A stretch of 64,000 nt of DNA, taken from contig CAWEPZ010000011.1 of assembly GCA_963811105.1 (NCBI GenBank), positions 640,001 to 704,000 on the forward strand, in the 5' to 3' direction. The DNA comes from Candidatus Bathyarchaeota archaeon (GTDB lineage: Archaea > Thermoproteota > Bathyarchaeia > Bathyarchaeales > Bathycorpusculaceae). Positions 38,713-49,649 of this stretch are shown in pieces. The translations under genes and the position numbers were made by a program. Positions within the stretch are counted from its first letter, which is position 1. Every line of letters starts with the position of its first letter. Under the pieces are notes generated by a model. That model searched no databases and was not told the origin of the DNA. It saw only the letters and a program-made list of their open reading frames with translations.

Positions 38713-40059
38713 TTAGTTTCCTCCTTCAACAATGTTTTCTTGCGGAAGCGTTCTAGGCGATAATTCACCCGCAATGTTCGTTTTCAGCAGCTTTGCGGCT
38801 TCATTGGTGCTATCAGTTTGTCCGATAGACCACATGAGTTTAACAAGGGCGGTTTCGGGGAACATGTCCTCCATCGGAATAACGCCGAAAGACAACAAAT
38901 CTCTGCCCGTATCGTAAACGTTCATGTTTACCCTGCCCCAAATGCACTGAGAAGCCAACGCAACTACAACGCCTTTTGCTATGGCGTTTTTGATGCTGTC
39001 AAAGCAAAATTTGCTAACATGACCTAGACCCGAGCCCTCAAGCAAGATTCCCTTAATGCCTCTGTCAACATACCAATCGATGACGGCTGGGTCAAGCCCG
39101 GGGTAAAATTTGATTAAGGCGACTCTTTCGCTAAAGTTTGGTTTAAGAATAAGTTTTTTTGATGAGTCTCGGTGTTCGTATTGATTAGTCAGCATTGTTA
39201 CTTGTTGGTCTCTTACTTTGGCGATTGGGAAACCGTTGATTGATTTGAATGTGTCTCTCCGGCTTGTGTGGCACTTACGAACTTTAACACCTCTATGAAT
39301 AACAGTGGCAATATCTGATACAGACTCATGCATGGCTAAGCCTACTTCAGCGAACGGTCCTTCCCCAGCGGCTTTTACTGCCCCGATAAGGTTTGTTGCT
39401 GCATCACTGCTCGGTCGGTCACTGGAACGTTGAGCGCCGACAACTATAACTGGAACAGATAGGTTTTGCAGTGCAAAGCTCAGAGCAGCTGAAGTGTAAG
39501 CCATCGTGTCTGTGCCATGGGCAATTACGACGCCGTCTACACCTGATTCTACACGTTTGGCAACGGTTTCAGCTAGCTCTTTCCAATGCTTCTGAGTGAT
39601 ATTTTCACTATATAAGCTAAAAACTATTTCAGTGTCAACTTTAGCAATGTCTGAAAGCTCAGGGACAACGCCGTATAAGTCACTTGCAGAGATTGCTGAG
39701 CGAACAGCTCCCGTACGGTAGTCAACTCGGCTTGCAATTGTTCCACCTGTACTCATTATTACAACATGGGGCAAAGCGGGATTTTGTTTTGGCAAGGGAG
39801 ACGAAGCAAAAGCTGGTTTTGCTCCTTTCCCCGCCTTTTCGATTTTAACCTCTTCTGTTATTCGTATGCCAATGTTGTAGCCGCTTTTCATTTTTACAAT
39901 GACAACAGTGCCTTCGCCTAGTTCTGAACGGGGAATAAGGATGCCCTCGTAGATTTTGCCTTTGCTGTTAATTTGTATAATGTCGCCGACTTCGCATTCA
40001 GCTTTTCTTAAGGCTTCAAGTGCCGAGCCTTTATAACCTGAACTTTCAAGTTGACTCAT
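38713..40059 (-). CDS. gatD: Glu-tRNA(Gln) amidotransferase subunit D
   Basis: TGGTIASRVDYRTG, HGTDT, QRSSDRPSSD. Confidence 0.97.
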   Translation of the reverse strand: MSQLESSGYKGSALEALRKAECEVGDIIQINSKGKIYEGILIPRSELGEGTVVIVKMKSGYNIGIRITEEVKIEKAGKGAKPAFASSPLPKQNPALPHVVIMSTGGTIASRVDYRTGAVRSAISASDLYGVVPELSDIAKVDTEIVFSLYSENITQKHWKELAETVAKRVESGVDGVVIAHGTDTMAYTSAALSFALQNLSVPVIVVGAQRSSDRPSSDAATNLIGAVKAAGEGPFAEVGLAMHESVSDIATVIHRGVKVRKCHTSRRDTFKSINGFPIAKVRDQQVTMLTNQYEHRDSSKKLILKPNFSERVALIKFYPGLDPAVIDWYVDRGIKGILLEGSGLGHVSKFCFDSIKNAIAKGVVVALASQCIWGRVNMNVYDTGRDLLSFGVIPMEDMFPETALVKLMWSIGQTDSTNEAAKLLKTNIAGELSPRTLPQENIVEGGN

Positions 40060-41672
40060 TAAGTATTCTCCATTTTCTTAGAGACATAAACACCATCGCG
40101 CTCATACCCGAAACGCATGTAATACCTTCTTGTTCCTAACGCACTTATAACTAAAAGCTTTTTGACACCAAAATCTACGCGTGCTATGCGCTCGGCTTCC
40201 TTAAGCAAATCTGCGCCAAACCCCTTGTGTTGCCACGCTCCCGTCGAGTGCTTTCCCACGGGAACAAGTTGACCGTAAACATGAAGTTCGCGAACAATAG
40301 CGGATGGCATGGCACTGATTTCCGGTCTGTGAGCCTTCTCTGAGGGAATACGCAAGCGCAAATAACCAAGCAGGATATTGTTTTGCCTATCTTCGGCTGA
40401 AATAAATACTTCTTTGCCCTCTGAGGCTTCATAACAGAATGATTCAATTTTGACTTCTTTTAAATCAGGCTTCAAATGGTCAACAACCAACCTGTGCCCA
40501 ACCTCTCTACAACGGATACATTGGCATTTTCCGCCTTGTCCTTTTAGCACCTCGTTAGCAAGCTGGCGGAGATTGCTCTTTTTCACTCCCGCTAATATAA
40601 GCCCTGACGGAATGTCTCTTTGGACCCGCATGACTCTTATCCAGGGTGGAATGAAACTCTTAATTTCAGAGATAAGTGCTGCCGCCTCTTCTGTGGTGTA
40701 AGGTTTGTATGTGCCTCTTTGGTACCACTCATATGTTTTTGTGCCAGCTATACATAGGCAAGGGTAAATTTTTATCATATCGGGCTTGAAGGCTGGATCC
40801 GTGAAAACACGTTTGAATGCTTCAATGTCATTTTGCGGGTTGGAACCTGGCATACCAGGCATTAAATGATAAACAATTTTTAATCCGGCATCTTTCGCAA
40901 TCCTTGTTGCCTCTTGTACATCGAATACAGTGTGGGTTCTGCCCACTAAACGATAAATTTCGTTATTGGGGTTTTGAACGCCAAGTTCAATGCGTGTTAC
41001 ACCCATTTCGAGCATGGTGTCAATGTGGGGTTGTTTTGCCCAGTCAGGTCGCGTTTCAACGGTTATTCCTACGTTGCGCATAATGCTAGTTTCAGCATTT
41101 GCTTTTGCTTGCTCCAAGTTTTCGGAGGTTTTGCCCGTTATTGCGTCTAGGCAACGCTGAATATACCTCGTCTGGTAGCCTAAAGGGGTAGCTGGAAAGG
41201 TTCCTCCCATAATGATAAGCTCAATTTTGTCAACTTTATGCCCAATTGCTGTAAGTTGTTCTATGCGGCTTCTAACTTGGAGGTAGGGGTCAAAATTGTT
41301 TTGGGCCCCACGCATGGCGGCTGGTTCATGCCCAGTGTAACTTTGGGGACTGCCTTGAGTTGGTCCTCCTGGACAATAAGCGCATGGTTCAGGCTGCGGA
41401 CAAGGATAAGGTTTAGTCATGGTTGCGATTACAGTGACGCCAGAAATGGCCCGAGTATTTTTCCTTCGGATAATAGGCAGAAGTCGCTTTGTTTCTTTTT
41501 TGGTTAAAAGGTTGATTAGATCAGCGTTTGATGGAACTTCTTGGAGTGAGTATTTTGCTGCAGTTTTGATTTTTAATCGGTTCAGTCCTTCAGGGGTAGG
41601 ATGCGGCGTTTCCATTAAGATGTTAATGATTTCTCTCAGCGCATTTTCATTAGTCAAGGTTGAATGTACCAA
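40059..41672 (-). CDS. elp3: Elp3 tRNA uridine(34) acetyltransferase
   Basis: CAYCPGG, QSYTGHEP, ETRPD, RELHVYG, QHKGFG. Confidence 0.96.
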   Translation of the reverse strand: MVHSTLTNENALREIINILMETPHPTPEGLNRLKIKTAAKYSLQEVPSNADLINLLTKKETKRLLPIIRRKNTRAISGVTVIATMTKPYPCPQPEPCAYCPGGPTQGSPQSYTGHEPAAMRGAQNNFDPYLQVRSRIEQLTAIGHKVDKIELIIMGGTFPATPLGYQTRYIQRCLDAITGKTSENLEQAKANAETSIMRNVGITVETRPDWAKQPHIDTMLEMGVTRIELGVQNPNNEIYRLVGRTHTVFDVQEATRIAKDAGLKIVYHLMPGMPGSNPQNDIEAFKRVFTDPAFKPDMIKIYPCLCIAGTKTYEWYQRGTYKPYTTEEAAALISEIKSFIPPWIRVMRVQRDIPSGLILAGVKKSNLRQLANEVLKGQGGKCQCIRCREVGHRLVVDHLKPDLKEVKIESFCYEASEGKEVFISAEDRQNNILLGYLRLRIPSEKAHRPEISAMPSAIVRELHVYGQLVPVGKHSTGAWQHKGFGADLLKEAERIARVDFGVKKLLVISALGTRRYYMRFGYERDGVYVSKKMENT

Positions 41673-41753
41673 AAGAAGGTTTAGCTAAACGATAAATAAA
41701 AACTAAACAACTTTGAAAAGAATTTAAGCTTGAAAAAATGTTCTGCTCGTGGC

Positions 41754-41915
41754 TTACATCCAGTTTTGTCCAGGTTTCCTCTGCAGAATCACTCGTTTCT
41801 CATAGTTACGTCTGCTTCGGTTTTTTGGGCTTGGCGCTGTTTTTGGCGTTCCCTGGATTTTGGGTGTTTGAGAGCGGACTTTTCCAGCTTTTGATAACGA
41901 ACCGTGAGTTGGCAT
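41754..41915 (-). CDS. rps30e: Ribosomal protein eS30
   Basis: [20 protein letters not shown]...RNYEKR; below ORF-track cutoff. Confidence 0.95.
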   Translation of the reverse strand: MPTHGSLSKAGKVRSQTPKIQGTPKTAPSPKNRSRRNYEKRVILQRKPGQNWM

Positions 41916-42339
41916 TTAATGCACCTTTCACATAAAGCATGATTGTTACACTTAAATCTTTACCCATCTAGGCTACGTTTACCACTTAGAAAGCTGAATC
42001 GAAAACCTGTTTCGTTTTGGTTCTTATCTAAAAACTTTCGCATCTATTTTCTTTATTACTCAATTCTGAGTAATTTCAGGGGGGAACAATCTATAGAATA
42101 ATCTTTAGATTCAACCGATTTTGGTCAGAGCTCTCTTTTTGCGGCTTATTGATTGGAAGACCTTGCGGTGTTTTTACTCATTTCTTGCAGAGAAGCATCA
42201 AGGATTTCGGTGGAGTGAAAAGACCGGGGAGTTTCATACCTTTGGGACGAGTTTATCTCTTGATCTTTTTCTCTAGATCAACTAACTTGATGGAGTAGTA
42301 ATCTAAAAAGACAATTTTGGTATTTCAAGTTGAAACAAT

Positions 42340-42486
42340 CTATTTGACGAATTTTACGGCGTGTCTCTTGAATCTTTTTTTGCAAACTAGACTGCAGAAA
42401 TGATAGGTTTCACCCTCATAAGTGATTTTGAATTTCGCAGTATTCTCATCAAGAACCATGCCACAAACTGGATCTCTAAATGACAT
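42340..42486 (-). CDS. YHS/TRASH domain protein (48 aa)
   Basis: MSFRDPVCGMVLDE...YEGETYHFCSLVCKKRF. Confidence 0.9.
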   Translation of the reverse strand: MSFRDPVCGMVLDENTAKFKITYEGETYHFCSLVCKKRFKRHAVKFVK

Positions 42487-42659
42487 TATTTAATTTTAAG
42501 CCTCACGCAATCATTCTACTTTCTGCCTTTTATGGTTAATGGTAGAACAAACCTAAAACAGCCGTATTTCTATCGATCGAGTCGAAATTGTACCATTAAC
42601 CTGAGGCCGATTTTGTTCGGCTATATTTCATTGATTCTTTAGCTGTGATAAGCTGGCGG

Positions 42660-42941
42660 TTAATCTTCTTCCGAGTCTTCTTTAGCTAACTCAACCGAAA
42701 TTGAGTCATCATGGCTAACTGCGTTTTTGCTTGTTTGTTTTTTGCTTGGCGGTTCCTGTTCTCTGCCTTCCATGAAGCCTTCTTCTGCAGCTGTGATTTC
42801 ATCTTCATCCAGCATTGTTTCTCGCTCTTCAGCATCATAGACGTCGTCTGTTTGCTCTTCCTTCTCTTGTTTAGTTAGAGGGGGCCCATCATAAAAGTAT
42901 GGAGGCGCTTTCTTCCTTGCTTTTGTTTTACTCATAATCAA
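42660..42941 (-). CDS. Small acidic protein
   Basis: 'DDVYDAEERETMLDEDEITAAEEGFMEG'. Confidence 0.7.
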   Translation of the reverse strand: MIMSKTKARKKAPPYFYDGPPLTKQEKEEQTDDVYDAEERETMLDEDEITAAEEGFMEGREQEPPSKKQTSKNAVSHDDSISVELAKEDSEED

Positions 42942-43000
42942 ACCTTCCCAATTTTAAACGTTAAAGCACTTTGTTCTTAAACCAAATATCAATTCAATTA

Positions 43001-43020
43001 CTTTTATGATTATGTGACTG
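43001..43020 (-). promoter_or_regulatory. CAGTCACA box + TATA-like
   Basis: CAGTCACA-TAAT-CATAAAAG upstream of 42660-42941. Confidence 0.5.
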
Positions 43021-43285
43021 AGCCCTGACAACCACAAACGTTGCTTCGGCCTTTTTCTTCGGAACTCAGATGTCTGCACGAATAATGCAGTTTTGAAATG
43101 AAAAGTAATGTCTTTGTTGAAAAATGGTTTTGTGAATGTATCCAATTGCTTGAAATCAGGCTAAAGCTTTTTATACGCCCAAAGCCCACCCTTTGCATGT
43201 CACATTAACTCATGTATCACCCCAAAGCTCCTGAAGCTTTTAGAGAAATCATGAACAAATTCTGTGGCAGGAGAAAAAATAATAT

Positions 43286-44440
43286 ATGCAAATTCAATCA
43301 TTTAAGGACTTTCCCTTAACTGGCGAAATCCTAAGAAGTATAGAAGAACTCGGGTTTGAGAGTCTTTTTCCAATTCAAGCCCAAGCAATAATGCCTTTGC
43401 TTGAAGGCAAGGACGTTATTGGGCAAGCACAAACTGGTACGGGAAAAACAGCTGCTTTTGGCATTCCCATGGTTCAACGGTTAAACCGTGAAATTCGCGG
43501 TGTTCAAGGCCTGATTTTAGTGCCTACTCGTGAATTAGCTGTGCAAGTAGCCGAACACATGGCTTGTTTTGCGAAATATGCCCGAATTAAGGTTTTGGCT
43601 GTTTATGGTGGAGAATCCATTAATAAGCAGGTACATGCTTTGTCAAACGGTGTCCAAATTGTTGTAGGAACACCTGGCAGATTAATTGACCTAATGGAAA
43701 GGCGTGTGTTGAACCTCGGATCTGTTAAAATGGTGGTTCTGGATGAAGCCGACAGAATGTTAGACATGGGCTTTGTTGAAGATATAGAATTTATTCTGTC
43801 AAAAACACCTCATGATAGGCAAACAAGCCTTTTTTCAGCGACCATCGAGCAGTCAGTGATGAGGGTCTGCAATAAATACATGAGAAACCCGCAGAAAATC
43901 TTAGTCAGCAAAGACGAAATCGCATTAACCCAAATGAAGCAGTACTATACTGTTGTTAACCAAAGTGGAAAGTTTGATACTTTATGTGATATAATCCGCA
44001 CCGAAGGAGTGAATAAAGCCATAGTTTTCTGTAGAACACGCAGAGAAGCAAGCAGGCTCTCCGACCAGTTATACAGAAAAGGGTACCGAGTACAAGCACT
44101 ACATGCAGGCTACACACAATCACAAAGAGACCGCGCCATCAACGATTTTCGCTCAGATAGAATTAACTTGCTCATAGCAACAGACGTTGCAGCAAGAGGC
44201 TTAGACATTGAGGATATAACTCACATAATCAACTATGACGTTCCAATGGATGCTCCGGTATATTTCCACCGCATCGGCAGAACAGCTCGCAAAGGAGAAG
44301 AAGGCACAGCTATAACCTTGGTAAGCTACGGTGAAATGTCTGATTTCAACAACATCAAAGCTTTAACAAAGACTAAAATTCAAGAGATCAGCTCTGCAAC
44401 CGTTGAGAGCGACGATTCTCCAATCAAGAGCTTCTATTAA
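43286..44440 (+). CDS. DEAD-box RNA helicase
   Basis: AQTGTGKT, PTRELA, DEAD, SAT, HRIGRTAR. Confidence 0.96.
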   Translation: MQIQSFKDFPLTGEILRSIEELGFESLFPIQAQAIMPLLEGKDVIGQAQTGTGKTAAFGIPMVQRLNREIRGVQGLILVPTRELAVQVAEHMACFAKYARIKVLAVYGGESINKQVHALSNGVQIVVGTPGRLIDLMERRVLNLGSVKMVVLDEADRMLDMGFVEDIEFILSKTPHDRQTSLFSATIEQSVMRVCNKYMRNPQKILVSKDEIALTQMKQYYTVVNQSGKFDTLCDIIRTEGVNKAIVFCRTRREASRLSDQLYRKGYRVQALHAGYTQSQRDRAINDFRSDRINLLIATDVAARGLDIEDITHIINYDVPMDAPVYFHRIGRTARKGEEGTAITLVSYGEMSDFNNIKALTKTKIQEISSATVESDDSPIKSFY

Positions 44441-44453
44441 ACGCAAACTGAAG

Positions 44454-44477
44454 CTTCTTTTTTTTCTTTCTTTTTTA
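44454..44477 (+). terminator. Poly-T archaeal terminator
   Basis: Long T-rich tract just after the helicase stop. Confidence 0.6.
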
Positions 44478-44771
44478 GCTGCAAGATTCTTGAAACATTC
44501 AAGTCAGCGACCTGAATCGACTATTTTCATAAAACAAAACGCCTTTCTTTGGCGGCTGATTTCCTAAAGATGGCTAATCTTCATTTCTCTAAAGCCTGAA
44601 ATTCTTTAGAGAGGAGTTTAAGTTCCGGTTTTGATTTTCAAAAGGCAACGAGTTCGATATTTGTATCTTTAGATGTTTCTATATCAATAAGATTGCGGAA
44701 ACATAGATTACCGTGTTCAATTTAATCAAAAAAAATAAAAAAAGGAAATAGGGTTTGTTTTTTTCTCGCTT

Positions 44772-47501
44772 TTAGTGTTTCCTGAGGATGAGTAGTGTAG
44801 CAATTGCTAATGCAATTATCATAACGATAACTGCTACTACTATGTAGGTCATCAGATCAGATGTTTTGACTAATCCTTCTGTTGGACTGCTTGTGGGTGT
44901 TGGTGATACTGCATGTTCTGCTACAACCACTGCTGCTGTTTCTGCAGATGAGCTGCCGTATGAGTCGCTGCCTGCGAAGGATGCTGAAATCTTGTAGGTA
45001 CCTGTGGTTGTTGGTGTCCATGTGAAAGAGTATGTTCCGCTTTGGTCGCTTGTGGCTGTTCCAATGTGTACTACATTGTTGTTTGGATCAAGTGCGTCTA
45101 TTGATACTGGGACTCCGTTAACTACTGCATTGTGGTATATTCCGTCGATTGGCATTTGGAAGTGTAGGTAATCCATCCATGTAGCCATTGAAGCTTCGGA
45201 TACTGCTGGCGTGTTTGGTTGAGCTGCTGATTGGTCCATTACTGTACCGGAGATGATTATGGGTGATCCTGCGGTGATTGCTGTTTGTGGAGCTGAAACT
45301 GTTGTTGAGCTTTGTCCTTTGCCCATTACGACCATGGTTCCGTCATAGCTGCTGCTTGCGAATAGGTATCCGCTAGATGCTGGGCCTGCGCCTAAGTTTG
45401 TTCCCATTATCTTCCATAGGAATTGTCCTGTAGTTGCATTGAGAGCAATCATACCCCAGCCTCTTGTTGCGGGCTGAGATGGTGTGTGTTCGCTGTTTTG
45501 TACGTAGGCTACTGCGTCAGAACCAGAACCGAGGATTCTTATGTTTTGAACTGAATAGGTTTGTGAGCTGTTAGATGTGTATGGTGTTTCAAAGGGTACT
45601 GCTGGATCAGCATAGTGCCATACTATAGCGCCAGTGGCATCATTGAGTGCCCAAACGCCTGTGTATCCGACACCGTAGATCATGTCCTGGTATGCTGCTT
45701 CATCATACATCCAGAATTCGCCCCACGGGTAGTCAGGAATAGGAGTCGACCATGCTACTTGACCAGCTTTTGATCCGGTCAAAAATCGGGCTTCAATGTA
45801 TCCGCGTTCCATTTCAGCAATGTATAAGCCATCTCTGCACCAAGCGTTTGTCGGTCTATAAGCATCTTCCATTGAGTTCACTGGTGTTGTTACGTTCCAC
45901 AGATTTTGACCAGTTACCAAGCTTATTGCTTGATAGTTTGATCCGTAGAAACCACCGTAAATGAATCTGCTTTGAATAACGGTGATACCTGTATCTGGGT
46001 CGTATGCACCTAAATTGCCGTATCCTCCTGCTTGATAAAGTGTCCTAAAGCTTGTCGGTATAGTAACAGTTACGTTGCTTACGACTCTGGTGGCGAATGC
46101 CGAGTTTATCTGGGCTGTGGTTGCAGTATTAGATGTTGATGATCCTCCACTTACTGTCCAGTTAACTATGTATCCTGTGTAGGATGATTGGACTGTAATG
46201 CCTGGAGCTGGGGTAGTGCTGTTTGTGTAAAGTTGTTGGAAGCTTAAGATGTAGCCGTCTCGGATGAAGTATGTAGTGAGACCGCTTGGAAGTGTAATGT
46301 TTGTTGATAGTGCGCCAGTGGTTGGATTAATCTTGTAAAGTTTGCTTCCTGATATTGTGTAAAGTTCTGATTGGAATGATGTGTCAGCTGCTTCTCCTGG
46401 TACTGCGCTAAGACTTGGTAGATAGTAGTTAATGTTGGTTGGTGTAACGCCGGTTCCGCCTGAAGCGATTGTTAATATGTCGTAGTAGATTTGTCCAGTT
46501 TGTACGTCGTAGCATTCTGCAAATGATTGTGGTGCTAATCCGTCGATGGATTTGGTGACAGTCTGGTAGGCTCTTCCCATGAAGATCACGCTTGGAGTTC
46601 CGCCGCTGCCTGATAGTGCATAGTTACCTGTTTCTCCTCCAATTATGCCTGCTACTGAAGTTACTCTTTCCCAAAGAATGTGTGGAGTATGTACTGCTGG
46701 AATATAGGGACCATAGTATTCAGCATTCCAACTATTTTGTCCTCCGCTAACTCCTGTCAATGATTCGCCCCATGGATAGTTTCCTGCGATTGCTGCCCAT
46801 TCTCTGTTGTTTGGCTCAATTGGGTGGCTCCAGTAACTGTTCGGCAATGGAGATTGCCATGATATCACTTGTGCTTGCTGTACAGTTACATTCGTAACTG
46901 GTGACATAGCGGGTGCAACGTAGTCTGATGGGTTGAAAATTGCGCTTGCAAATGCGCCTGTACGTGTGGCTGAGTAGTTTCCGTTAGAGTAGTATCCAGC
47001 TGGATAATATTCGCCTAAGAACGAGAATTGGAATTGGTACGTACCAATTGAGGTTGGAATATATTGGAACCAGCTTGTACCGTCTGCAACGTATGATTGA
47101 AGAGTAACTGTATCATTAGTTCCATCCGGCTTGACTATATTGACTTTGTATCCGTTCATGAATTTGCCCTCACCTGATGGGAAGGTAATCCACATGTTAA
47201 CCAAAAGCAATTGACCAACACCGATTGGGTTAGGTGAAGCGCTTAAGAAACATAATGGATAGATTGTGAAATCTGCAGTTTGCCCGGCTGGTATAGTTGT
47301 CGGACCTACGTAGCCATTTTGAGTTGGAGCTCCGCCATGAACGCCTTCGTCTTGTGCTTTGACCGTTAAGCTCAACATTGCCATTGATGATAATAATAAA
47401 GCAATTGCGAGTATTGAGAGTATTTTTGGTTTATTCAACGATATTTTGGTTGTATTCATCGAATTTTTCAGCGAGTATATTGAATTTATTGGGTTTTTCA
47501 A
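44772..47501 (-). CDS. Large PQQ-like beta-propeller surface protein (paralog 2)
   Basis: Same motif series as 6950-9544 (EHTPSQP..RGW, GKGQSSTT, DQS..QP), C-terminal TM. Confidence 0.88.
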   Translation of the reverse strand: MKNPINSIYSLKNSMNTTKISLNKPKILSILAIALLLSSMAMLSLTVKAQDEGVHGGAPTQNGYVGPTTIPAGQTADFTIYPLCFLSASPNPIGVGQLLLVNMWITFPSGEGKFMNGYKVNIVKPDGTNDTVTLQSYVADGTSWFQYIPTSIGTYQFQFSFLGEYYPAGYYSNGNYSATRTGAFASAIFNPSDYVAPAMSPVTNVTVQQAQVISWQSPLPNSYWSHPIEPNNREWAAIAGNYPWGESLTGVSGGQNSWNAEYYGPYIPAVHTPHILWERVTSVAGIIGGETGNYALSGSGGTPSVIFMGRAYQTVTKSIDGLAPQSFAECYDVQTGQIYYDILTIASGGTGVTPTNINYYLPSLSAVPGEAADTSFQSELYTISGSKLYKINPTTGALSTNITLPSGLTTYFIRDGYILSFQQLYTNSTTPAPGITVQSSYTGYIVNWTVSGGSSTSNTATTAQINSAFATRVVSNVTVTIPTSFRTLYQAGGYGNLGAYDPDTGITVIQSRFIYGGFYGSNYQAISLVTGQNLWNVTTPVNSMEDAYRPTNAWCRDGLYIAEMERGYIEARFLTGSKAGQVAWSTPIPDYPWGEFWMYDEAAYQDMIYGVGYTGVWALNDATGAIVWHYADPAVPFETPYTSNSSQTYSVQNIRILGSGSDAVAYVQNSEHTPSQPATRGWGMIALNATTGQFLWKIMGTNLGAGPASSGYLFASSSYDGTMVVMGKGQSSTTVSAPQTAITAGSPIIISGTVMDQSAAQPNTPAVSEASMATWMDYLHFQMPIDGIYHNAVVNGVPVSIDALDPNNNVVHIGTATSDQSGTYSFTWTPTTTGTYKISASFAGSDSYGSSSAETAAVVVAEHAVSPTPTSSPTEGLVKTSDLMTYIVVAVIVMIIALAIATLLILRKH

Positions 47502-47747
47502 TTTTTTTTCTTCCTTCTATTTTTCTTGCTCAAGAAGCAAAAAGAGAACTCCTTACTCCTCAAGCACCATTTGCTAATCCAAAACCCACTTATAAGTTTT
47601 AAGGAGAAGTAAAGCATTAGGCAAGAAAACTATGGATACCAAAACTTTTCAAAACCTAATTTTGATAATCCACTTATTTTTTTTAAGTAAAAGTTACCAA
47701 AATAACACTTGTCATTGAGAAAGATTTCATAATAATCACGAAATAAA

Positions 47748-48819
47748 TCAAATTATTCCGACTAGCTTCTTCAAAGCCGGTATTTTACTAGTTGGATATA
47801 GAATTAGAAGGCAAATCAAGAGAGTAATTACAGTAACCAGAGGAATTTCCAAAATCGGGTTAAGCGATATAATACTTATTTGAACTCCAAAAAATCCCCT
47901 ATGAAGTGATTCTAACACAACTATATGCAACAAGTATATTGCCAACGAACTCTGGCCAATGAAATGGACCAACTTGCTTGCACGAAGGGACTTCTTACCT
48001 ACGTAATCCGCTGGAATATGGCTCAAAAGCATAAACAGAGCGGCTGAAGCTAAAATTACATTGATGCTAAGGAAATCATAGAAGAAATACTGAAGATGTC
48101 CGCCTACAAAATAAGTAATAAGATAAGTGCCGACAACTGTCCAAGCAAAACCAACAAACCACAAAACGTACAATGTTCTATTTTTCAGCTGCACGTCTAA
48201 AAGATACAGCCCTAACAAAAAGCATCCCACAAACCCCGTTAGCAAGAAAACATCGCTGCTCAAAGAGAAGGTCACAAATATGTAGAGAATGGGAGCTACA
48301 GCTGTTCCAACAAACCAAAGCACCAAGAAATATCTGAGCACTCTCCGACCCGCATTGGCAACTAGTACCCGCAATATTGGAGTCACTAAATAAAGGCCAA
48401 TAAGCGTGTATAGATACCAAAAATGATAATATGGACCTGAGACAATGCCTTGCCCAATTGAGTTTAAGGTAAGTGCTTCATTATTAGCAAAGTAGCGCCA
48501 AGCAAAGTAGATTGCACCCCAAAAAATCAGAGGCACCCCAATTCGAGCAACCCGTTTCTCTAAAGAAGACCTTAAGCGGCTCCTCAACCTTAAATGGCTG
48601 TAGAAGTAAAGCCCCACTCAACATAACAAAAAGTGGAACGCATACTCGGGATAGGGAATCGTAAATATTTACAGACCACCACCGCAATACTACTGCTTGA
48701 TTAACAATGTTATTGATTGGAACCGGCTCAATTGCAGCATGAAGCAAAATCACTAATACAATAGCGAATGTTCGTATGAGGTCCACTGGTATAGAGGAGC
48801 CCCGAGTGCTCGGGTACAA
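47748..48819 (-). CDS. Acyltransferase-3 (OafA/YrhL/WecH-like) membrane O-acyltransferase, 1-nt frameshift near 48560
   Basis: 'DLIRTFAIVLVILLH','VPLFVMLSGALLL','YHFWYLY','SLAIYLLH'. Confidence 0.88.
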
Positions 48820-48989
48820 AATATGGCCCTTTACCTTGCTTTCTAGAAATTGTGCTGTAATAAGAATAATAAGTCAAAATATGCATTAATGTAGTTCAAA
48901 AGTTGCACTGCAACCTTGCTACAATGCAAACAGAAATGAACATTAGTGGTAAAAATAGTTACACATCAGACTTAAAGAGAAAGCAAAGT

Positions 48990-49649
48990 CTAATCTATCG
49001 CATTATAGATTTGGGTTGCGATAATTTTTGCTCCTTCACTGTTTGGATGTACACCATCCCAAAAGTAGGTAGAATGATCAACCAATGGTGTGTATACATC
49101 AATTGTGGGTAAGCCAAGTTTACTTGCAACTTCTTTGATCCTAGGGACCACATCCTCCATAAGAATTGTACTGTCAGGACCTAAACTATTGTTAAAAATG
49201 GGTGGGGGCAATACAACGAAAATCTTAGGCTTTGTTGAAATGGCTTGGAATTCGTAAACTATCTTTTCGTAATCGCCAGCAAGACTGCCAAGATAATTTT
49301 TTCGGGATGGGAATGCATCATTGGTCCCAAGCATAATTATCACATAATTGGGCATGAACTTCTTAGCATTTTGTAACTCAGTCCGATTCAAATAGGACGC
49401 CTCAGACTGAAGAGAAACAGTGGCGCCACCCACACCAAAGTTACCCACAGTATAGTTCGTCCCAAGCATCATCCATAAGTCAGCAGGGTATTCAGTACCC
49501 TCAGTTATACTGTCACCAACACAAGCAACTCGAATGGTGTCAGTTGGATTTTTACTTCTCGATTTAGTCTCAAAATAGAAAGCGGCCAAACCAGCAATTA
49601 ATATTACCGACGCCAAACCAATTGCTAACCATTTTATCCTTGCCTTCAT
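48990..49649 (-). CDS. Membrane-anchored SGNH/GDSL hydrolase
   Basis: GDSIT, MLGTND, DGVHP; paralog of 3677-4360. Confidence 0.9.
   Translation of the reverse strand: MKARIKWLAIGLASVILIAGLAAFYFETKSRSKNPTDTIRVACVGDSITEGTEYPADLWMMLGTNYTVGNFGVGGATVSLQSEASYLNRTELQNAKKFMPNYVIIMLGTNDAFPSRKNYLGSLAGDYEKIVYEFQAISTKPKIFVVLPPPIFNNSLGPDSTILMEDVVPRIKEVASKLGLPTIDVYTPLVDHSTYFWDGVHPNSEGAKIIATQIYNAID

Noticed and set aside
41738-41935. 65-aa + strand ORF
   Set aside because: Antisense to eS30.
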